NCBI GenBank assembly: GCA_964652955.1
Contig: CAZZCF010000008.1
Location: 753-64,752 of the forward strand
Source of the DNA: an uncultured Leptospirales bacterium
Lineage (GTDB): Bacteria; Spirochaetota; UBA4802; JAKQUI01
Length of the DNA: 64,000 nt
Direction: 5' to 3'
In this document: in pieces, positions 57,475 through 64,000 of the stretch
How the letters are laid out: every line of letters begins with the position of its first letter
How positions within the stretch are numbered: position 1 is the stretch's first letter
Made by a program: the position numbers and the translations under genes
The notes under the pieces: model-generated
What the model was told of the DNA's origin: nothing
The model's input: only the letters and a program-made list of their open reading frames with translations
Database searches by the model: none

Positions 57475-59224
57475 CACGGTTCCACCAGCATTAATATTTA
57501 TCGTTGGCGCACTGCTTATCCCCTTACTCAAGGGGAGGGTAAAATCTGCCTATCTCCTGTTTCTACCGGTTCTGGGAATGATAAACCTGTTACAGATACC
57601 GGAAGGGACGCACTGGGTGTACCGGTTTATGGATTATACCCTGATCTTCGGCAAGATTGACCGGCTCAGCTTGGTCTTCGGGTATATCTTTCATGTAATC
57701 TCCTTTATCGCCTTTATATACGCGCTGCATGTGAAGGATGATATTGAGAATATTTCCGGTGTCGTGTACGGCGGAGCTGCCCTGGGCGTCATCTTCGCGG
57801 GTGATCTCATCACCCTCTTCATCTTCTGGGAGCTCCTGAGCGTGAGCGCGGTGTTCCTCATCTGGGCCCGTCGTACCGGAGGAGCGCTCAACGCGGGATT
57901 CAGATATATTCTCGTTCATATCGTTGGGGGTCTCTGCCTGCTCGCCGGCATCCTGATACAGACCTATACGACCGGCTCTACCGAGTTCGGATATATCGGC
58001 CTGAACGGAGCGGGATCGTACCTGATTTTCCTCGGGTTTGGGATTAACTGTGCCTGGCCGTTGCTGCATGCATGGCTTACCGACGCCTATCCCGAATCGA
58101 CGCTTACGGGGATTATATTCCTGAGCGTCTTCACGACGAAATCGGCGGTGTACGCCCTGGCACGGGCTTTCCCCGGAACGGAGGCGTTGATATGGATTGG
58201 CGCTGCCATGACGGCATTCCCCATTTTCTATGCGGTTATTGAGAACGATCTGCGGCGGGTGCTCTCGTACAGTCTCATCAACCAGGTGGGCTTCATGGTC
58301 TGCGGCATCGGTATCGGAACCCAGATGGCTATCAACGGCGCCGTCTGCCATGCCGTCAACGATATTCTCTTCAAGGGGCTCCTCTTCATGTCAATCGGGG
58401 CGGTGATGTATCGAACCGGAAAGACCAGGTGTACGGATCTCGGGGGGCTCTACAAGTCAATGCCGTTAACGAGCATATTCTGTATCATCGGTGCGGCGTC
58501 AATCTCGGCACTTCCCCTCTTCAGCGGTTTTGTGAGCAAGTCGATGATAATGAGCGCGGCCGCCATCGAGCATATGCCCATTATATGGTTTGTGCTCCTC
58601 TATGCCTCTGCCGGCGTTTTCGAGCACGCGGGTATCAAGATTCCCTTCTTCGCCTTCTTCTCACATGACTCCGGAATACGGACAAAGGAGGCGCCCGTGC
58701 ACATGCTCATCGCGATGGGCATTGCGGCTTTTCTCTGCGTTTTCATCGGATCATATCCCTGGCCGCTGTACAGCCTCCTCCCCTATCCGGTCGAGTACAC
58801 ACCCTATACGGTATCGCATGTGCTGGCACAGACAGAGATGCTCTTCTTCTGCGCTTTTGCCTTTATACTCCTCCTCCTTTCGGGCATCTATCCATCTGAG
58901 AAGCGGGCACTTAATCTCGATGCGGACTGGTTCTACCGGAAGGGATCGCAGGTTGTGGTGGCCTTTCTGACAAAAATCTTCGATGAGCTCTTTGCAGGTT
59001 TCGAGCGACTATTTGTCAAGCGCATTCCACAAACACTGGCAGCGGTGAGTAAGAGGCCCCTGACGATGGCGACGCAGTATTATGCCAGCGTACGCGGAGA
59101 GACGGGAACCGATACTGAGGAACCTTCCGTGCTGCCGGAAGCGGCGAGTCTGATTCCCATCGGGATTGTGGTGCTCTTTGCCGTTGTGCTTCTCTTCGCC
59201 CTCACTGCTGCTTTCAGCCTGTGA
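57467..59224 (+). CDS. mrpD: Mrp antiporter subunit D-like (copy 3, long form)
   Basis: GDL..LFIFWEL, INCAWP.LH.WL.DAYP, FTTKSAVY, ENDLRRVLSYS.I.QVG, GASISALPLFSGF.SKS. Confidence 0.9.
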   Translation: MINTVPPALIFIVGALLIPLLKGRVKSAYLLFLPVLGMINLLQIPEGTHWVYRFMDYTLIFGKIDRLSLVFGYIFHVISFIAFIYALHVKDDIENISGVVYGGAALGVIFAGDLITLFIFWELLSVSAVFLIWARRTGGALNAGFRYILVHIVGGLCLLAGILIQTYTTGSTEFGYIGLNGAGSYLIFLGFGINCAWPLLHAWLTDAYPESTLTGIIFLSVFTTKSAVYALARAFPGTEALIWIGAAMTAFPIFYAVIENDLRRVLSYSLINQVGFMVCGIGIGTQMAINGAVCHAVNDILFKGLLFMSIGAVMYRTGKTRCTDLGGLYKSMPLTSIFCIIGAASISALPLFSGFVSKSMIMSAAAIEHMPIIWFVLLYASAGVFEHAGIKIPFFAFFSHDSGIRTKEAPVHMLIAMGIAAFLCVFIGSYPWPLYSLLPYPVEYTPYTVSHVLAQTEMLFFCAFAFILLLLSGIYPSEKRALNLDADWFYRKGSQVVVAFLTKIFDELFAGFERLFVKRIPQTLAAVSKRPLTMATQYYASVRGETGTDTEEPSVLPEAASLIPIGIVVLFAVVLLFALTAAFSL

Positions 59225-59325
59225 GAGAAGAGAGTCGGGGTATCGGGGATCAACGAAGACACGCGCGCCGAGAATGGGGGAAGCATAGGGTTGAACGACG
59301 AGGGGAAAACGGCAAGGTATGATTT

Positions 59326-61308
59326 ATGGAGGGACAATTCAAACCGAAAATACGCGTTAAGCTCATGGGAAGCCTCCTCTCCGTTGTCATTATTGCCGGA
59401 ATAGGCTCAACAGGGATAGGTGTGAAGATAATCAATGATAATATTCTCGGGCAGGCTTATGTGGATGTTGAAACGCAATTGAACATGGCGCAGCATATTT
59501 ACAATGACCGGATAAATGTAATTCACCTCTTTATTCAGCACCTCGCCTCGCTTACCTATTTCAAGGAAGCAGTTGCTGCGAAGAACCGACGCTTTATCGT
59601 GAATAAGCTCCTCGAGGTAAAGAAGGAGCTCGATCTCGACATACTGAACATTGCCGATGGACGGGGGCGGATTATTGTGCGGTCCCGTAATTACAGTTTG
59701 TACAATGATGATGTGAGCGAAGCGCTGTTTATCCGCTCAGTCATGGAACGGAGGCGATCCTGTTATGGCACCGAACTGATATCACAGGAATACCTTCAGC
59801 GAGAGGGGAGGGATCTCTCCGAACAGGCCTTCATCGAGGTCGTTCCAACGCCGCGCGCTCGTCATCGGGAGAAGACTTTTGAGGATGTCGGAATGATTCT
59901 GATGGCTGCCGCGCCGATCTTCTTCAGGGGGACGATGATAGGTATTGTATACGGTGCCAAGCTGCTCAACAATAACTTCGAGTTTGTTGATCGGATAAAG
60001 AACCTCGTCTTCAGGGATGAGAAGCTCAACGGCTCTGATATCGGGACGGCGACCATTTTCAAGGAAGATCTGCGTATCTCGACCAATGTCAAGAAGGCGG
60101 ATGGGAAGCGAGCAATCGGCACCCTTGTCTCGAAGGAGGTCTACACCAAGGTTTTCGAGCATGAGAAGCTCTGGCTCGATAAGGCATTCGTGGTCAACAA
60201 CTGGTATATCTCTGCCTATCGGCCTCTTTACAACATCGAGAACCGAGTGATCGGGATACTCTACGTTGGCATTCTGGAGGAGAAGTACAACATTATCAAG
60301 CGGGATATCGCGGTGTACTATATAGTAATGACCTGCATCATCGCCGTAATCGCGGTGATAATTTCACTGTACCTGATTCGGAACATCGTCAATCCCATTC
60401 GATCGCTCGTCGACACTGCCCGCGGGATCGGGCTGGGGCGTTATCAGGAGAAGATTGAAATACGCTCCGATGATGAGATCGGCTATCTCTGCGCTACCTT
60501 CAACATGATGATGGATACAATCAGTGAGCGCGATCTGAAGCTCAAGGAGCAGACGGAGCGGAAGATAGTTCAGTCGGAAAAGCTTGCCTCTCTCGGGCGG
60601 CTTGCCTCGGGCATCGCCCATGAGATCAATAATCCGTTAACCGGTGTTCTGGGATACAGCACCGTGCTCCTCGAAGACCTTGCCGAAACACCGTATCAGG
60701 AGGATCTTGAGATAATTGTCAATGAAACAAAACGCTGTCGTGATATTGTTCGGGGAATTCTTGATTTTGCCCGGGAGACCAAGATCGAGGGGGAGCGGGC
60801 AAATATCAATTCGATTATTTTGGATGTTCTCTCAATTTTACATAAGCATGTGAACTTTCAGAACATTCGCGTCGAGACCCGTCTCGCGGATGATCTCCCC
60901 GATATGAGTCTCGATGTCAATCAGATAAAGTCGGTAATCAATAACCTTGCGGTTAATGCGGCCGATGCGATGCCTGATGGCGGAACCCTGACGATTGCGA
61001 GCTATCGCAGGGGGAACGAGATCATTATCGAGGTATCCGATACGGGAACCGGTATTGCCGAGGAGAATCTGAGCCGAATCTTCGATCCTTTTTTTACCAC
61101 TAAGGAGGTGGGGAAGGGAACCGGTCTCGGATTGGCGGTTACCTACGGAATTATTGAGCGGCACAACGGCTCCATCGAGGTGAAGAGCACCGAGGGGAAG
61201 GGGACAACCTTCTACATTCACCTGCCACTGCAGAAGGAGCAGTGCCACTATGGAGATGATGTGTTCATGAAGAGATTGTCATTGCGAGCGCCTGGCGGCG
61301 GGCAGTGA
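59326..61308 (+). CDS. Cache-HAMP sensor histidine kinase (NtrB type)
   Basis: TM, Cache-like (R..TNV....G.RA.GT, WYISAY.P), TM, HAMP (DEIG.L..TFN.M), [25 protein letters not shown]. Confidence 0.92.
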   Translation: MEGQFKPKIRVKLMGSLLSVVIIAGIGSTGIGVKIINDNILGQAYVDVETQLNMAQHIYNDRINVIHLFIQHLASLTYFKEAVAAKNRRFIVNKLLEVKKELDLDILNIADGRGRIIVRSRNYSLYNDDVSEALFIRSVMERRRSCYGTELISQEYLQREGRDLSEQAFIEVVPTPRARHREKTFEDVGMILMAAAPIFFRGTMIGIVYGAKLLNNNFEFVDRIKNLVFRDEKLNGSDIGTATIFKEDLRISTNVKKADGKRAIGTLVSKEVYTKVFEHEKLWLDKAFVVNNWYISAYRPLYNIENRVIGILYVGILEEKYNIIKRDIAVYYIVMTCIIAVIAVIISLYLIRNIVNPIRSLVDTARGIGLGRYQEKIEIRSDDEIGYLCATFNMMMDTISERDLKLKEQTERKIVQSEKLASLGRLASGIAHEINNPLTGVLGYSTVLLEDLAETPYQEDLEIIVNETKRCRDIVRGILDFARETKIEGERANINSIILDVLSILHKHVNFQNIRVETRLADDLPDMSLDVNQIKSVINNLAVNAADAMPDGGTLTIASYRRGNEIIIEVSDTGTGIAEENLSRIFDPFFTTKEVGKGTGLGLAVTYGIIERHNGSIEVKSTEGKGTTFYIHLPLQKEQCHYGDDVFMKRLSLRAPGGGQ

Positions 61309-61343
61309 GTGATGATAGTGTACGTGGCATGATACTCTGAGCA

Positions 61344-62438
61344 ATGGAACATATGAAGAAACAACCGGAAATACTGATAATCGATGATGAGGAGATTGTT
61401 TTGAGGAGCTGCCGTCGTATTCTCCGGAAGCTGTCGTATACGGTCGACACGGTGCTCTCCGGCGAGGAGGGATTGCAATGTATCGAAAAGAAAGACTATG
61501 ACATAGTGATAACCGATTTAAAAATGCCGGGCATAGACGGGATGAAGGTTCTGGAAACGATACAAGAGAAGAAGCCCGAGATGACCGTAATTATCTTTAC
61601 GGGATTTGCGACCGTTGAGAGCGCACGCCGTGCCTTAAAAATGGGAGCTTTCGATTATGTTCCCAAACCCTTTACCGCTCCTGAATTGCGCGAAGTCATT
61701 CATAATGCCCTGCAGGCGCGGGAGGACAGCTCTCAGAAAATGCTCGATCTCATGGCAATTGTGTCCCACGAGTTGAAAAGCCCCCTTTCGGTGGTGCATA
61801 CCACCGCTGATACACTCTACCGGGGGTATTTCGGGAAGCTGGCGCCGGAACAGCAAAAAACCATTGAATCCATCCTCAAGAACTGTCAGTACCTGGAAGA
61901 TATTATCCGCAACTATATCGATCTCTCGAAGATGGATCTCGATGACCTTGAATCATTCGAGAAGGAGTTGGATTTTGTCGGTGACGTCATCGTGCCTGTT
62001 CTCGCCCTGCCCGATCACGCCGAGAACATGAAGCGGATGCGCATCGTCACCGATTTTCAGGTGAGGCCTGTCATCTACGGCGATCCCAATCTGCTCGGGA
62101 TTGTTATCACCAACCTTATAAATAATGCGATCAAGTACGGCACGCCCGGCACCGATATTATGGTGCGCCTCATTGAAGAGAGGGGCCGGTATGTCCTCTC
62201 CGTCCGCAACGAGGGCGTCGGTATATCCAGGGAGGATATCGATACCAGGCTCTTCAAGCGGTTCAGCAGGCTCAAACAGGAGGGCACCGAGGGGGTGAAA
62301 GGATCGGGGCTGGGTCTCTATATATGCAAGAAGATAGTCGAGAAACATCAGGGAACCATTCGGGCAACGTCGCAACCCGGGGAATGGGTTGAATTTTATG
62401 TATCATTGCCGGGAGCACCGGCAGAAAGGAGAAATTGA
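61344..62438 (+). CDS. Hybrid receiver-histidine kinase without sensor domain
   Basis: ILIIDDE, ITDLKMPG, VSHELKSPL, NLINNAIKY, GSGLGLYI.K.IVE.H.G. Confidence 0.9.
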   Translation: MEHMKKQPEILIIDDEEIVLRSCRRILRKLSYTVDTVLSGEEGLQCIEKKDYDIVITDLKMPGIDGMKVLETIQEKKPEMTVIIFTGFATVESARRALKMGAFDYVPKPFTAPELREVIHNALQAREDSSQKMLDLMAIVSHELKSPLSVVHTTADTLYRGYFGKLAPEQQKTIESILKNCQYLEDIIRNYIDLSKMDLDDLESFEKELDFVGDVIVPVLALPDHAENMKRMRIVTDFQVRPVIYGDPNLLGIVITNLINNAIKYGTPGTDIMVRLIEERGRYVLSVRNEGVGISREDIDTRLFKRFSRLKQEGTEGVKGSGLGLYICKKIVEKHQGTIRATSQPGEWVEFYVSLPGAPAERRN

Positions 62439-62441
62439 GAT

Positions 62442-62816
62442 ATGGCATGCAAGAAAAGGATTTTCATTATCGATGACGATCCGGACATCGTGCACTCGGT
62501 GAAAACGATACTTGAATCAAATGGCTATGAAGTTGTGGCGGCGCTGAACGGGAAGGATGGCCTCCAGACGCTTTGGTGGGCGAATCCGGACCTCGTTCTC
62601 TGCGACATGATGATGGAGCGACTCAACACCGGACTCAGGATTGTGCAGGATATTCGCCGGTGGAAGAACGATGTGCCGATCATCCTCATGAGCAGCATAG
62701 GCGAAGCCACGGCGATGAATGTCGATATTCACGCATGCGGTTTTAATAGTGTCTTGCAGAAGCCGGTACATCCCGAGATGCTCCTCTCCGCCGTCTCTGG
62801 CTTGCTGAACAGCTGA
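62442..62816 (+). CDS. Single-domain response regulator
   Basis: IFIIDDDPD, VLCDMMME, IILMSS, QKP. Confidence 0.88.
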   Translation: MACKKRIFIIDDDPDIVHSVKTILESNGYEVVAALNGKDGLQTLWWANPDLVLCDMMMERLNTGLRIVQDIRRWKNDVPIILMSSIGEATAMNVDIHACGFNSVLQKPVHPEMLLSAVSGLLNS

Positions 62817-62833
62817 TACCGGCGTGAGCTCTC

Positions 62834-63781
62834 TTAACACCGAAACTGCAACGCATCAGTGGGACAGACTTCGATGCATCTCCCGCAGCAATGGCAGTCC
62901 GGCCGGATGCGCTTCTCCTGAATGATTGATTCGACGGTGGGGCAGGGTGTCTGCTCGATGCAGATCCTGCAGTCGGTGCACCGCTCGCGATTGAGTCGGA
63001 TCTTCAGCGGCGTCACCTGCTCGAGTATCCAGGTGATGATGCCGATGGGGCATATCAGATAGCAGTAGGGCCGGTACAGGTAGACTGAGGCGACGAGCGT
63101 TATGCCCAGAAACGCCAGGCTATAGATTGCAAGCGGATCGCTGATGCCCCATCGCAGCGGTGCGAAGGGATTGAAGAGATCGTAGAGGATCTGGCCGGTC
63201 AGATAGAGAACCGGTACGAAAAGAATGATGAGCAGTGCCCTGATGATATTCATCCAGAAAAAGGGGAGCTTTATCTTTTGAGCTCTGAGCGGAATATAAT
63301 TCACCGCCTCCTGAATGGCACCGATGGGACAGACCCAGCTGCAGAACAGCTTGTTCCCAAACAGGCTCAGTGCCCCGATGGCCACGATGGAGACAATAAA
63401 CTTGAGGGGCAGGTTGGGGTTGCCGCTCTTGAGTATCAGGATCGGCTTGATGAGGGTGCAGAGGGGGCTCGGCTCACGGAGAGCACATCTCAGCCCGCTC
63501 AATGCCGGGAGGATGCCGAAGATACAAAATACCAGCACCATGAGGGTCCCCCTGAGCCACCGCTTCATCTTGATAAACATGAGGAGGGCAGCTCCGCCTA
63601 ATCCGAAGAGAATGGTTATCCAGAGACGTGAATACTGAAGGTATTCCAGCAGGGTGAGCTTCCTCTGCGGGTGCCAGAGCATTTTATCTTCACTGCCGAG
63701 GCAGAAATTCTGAACAAGGAGTACCAGGGTTACGATGAGGAGGAGCATCAGCCACCTCCCGCGGCGTGCCACATGATTCAT
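62834..63781 (-). CDS. Membrane-bound polyferredoxin (NapH/NosR/YccM-like 4Fe-4S binding protein)
   Basis: TM helices, FCSWVCPIGAIQE, RPYCYLICPIG, CTDCRICIEQ.PC, CHCCGRCIEVCP. Confidence 0.88.
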   Translation of the reverse strand: MNHVARRGRWLMLLLIVTLVLLVQNFCLGSEDKMLWHPQRKLTLLEYLQYSRLWITILFGLGGAALLMFIKMKRWLRGTLMVLVFCIFGILPALSGLRCALREPSPLCTLIKPILILKSGNPNLPLKFIVSIVAIGALSLFGNKLFCSWVCPIGAIQEAVNYIPLRAQKIKLPFFWMNIIRALLIILFVPVLYLTGQILYDLFNPFAPLRWGISDPLAIYSLAFLGITLVASVYLYRPYCYLICPIGIITWILEQVTPLKIRLNRERCTDCRICIEQTPCPTVESIIQEKRIRPDCHCCGRCIEVCPTDALQFRC

Positions 63782-64000
63782 AGATATTCACCTGTCTGAA
63801 CAGCATCAATACAGTATCGCCATAACGATAAATGGCTCTCCAGAAAAACGAAGGCGTTTTCATCGCATTACATCTATTCTGAAAATACAGCCTCTGTTTA
63901 CAGCAATTTGTGCCCTTCTATTGCAAATCATATATGATGTAAATGGATTTTTTAATTGTATTTTTTGCAATGACGCCATAAATGAGAAGACCTCCCCGGA

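Overview
A 64-kb window from an anaerobic bacterium with no rRNA, tRNA, CRISPR array or intact transposase that I can support. Left part (0-19 kb): mixed housekeeping and accessory genes. These include a long-chain acyl-CoA ligase beside a CrtI-like FAD oxidoreductase, a pRiA4b ORF3-family gene, a methanogen-type homocysteine synthesis trio (DUF39, UPF0280, NIL-ferredoxin), a radical SAM protein, TetR, an orphan HATPase, an SDR, and a divergent GH15 / trehalose-6-P synthase-phosphatase pair. Centre (19.6-40.8 kb): one co-directional Wood-Ljungdahl cluster in the order HydC/HydB/HydA-N-like (HoxEFU-like) module with no catalytic subunit, fhs, a probable acsV relic, cooC, folD, a 72-aa ORF, acsD, acsA(cooS), acsB, acsC, acsE, DUF3786, cooC2, a reduced Tmc-like module (b-type cytochrome, truncated Fe-S protein, tetraheme cytochrome c3), metV, metF. 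Right part (41-64 kb): dense two-component signalling (including a kinase with an N-terminal Rossmann-like domain and a DVU0259-like regulator), two universal stress proteins, an Mrp-type cation/H+ antiporter operon with three MrpD-like subunits and two small accessory ORFs, a further kinase/hybrid/regulator set, and a membrane polyferredoxin. The best candidate for an undescribed system is the mini-Tmc module directly upstream of metVF, which suggests a membrane- and cytochrome-coupled methylene-THF reductase. All family assignments come from motif recognition by eye; no database searches were run.
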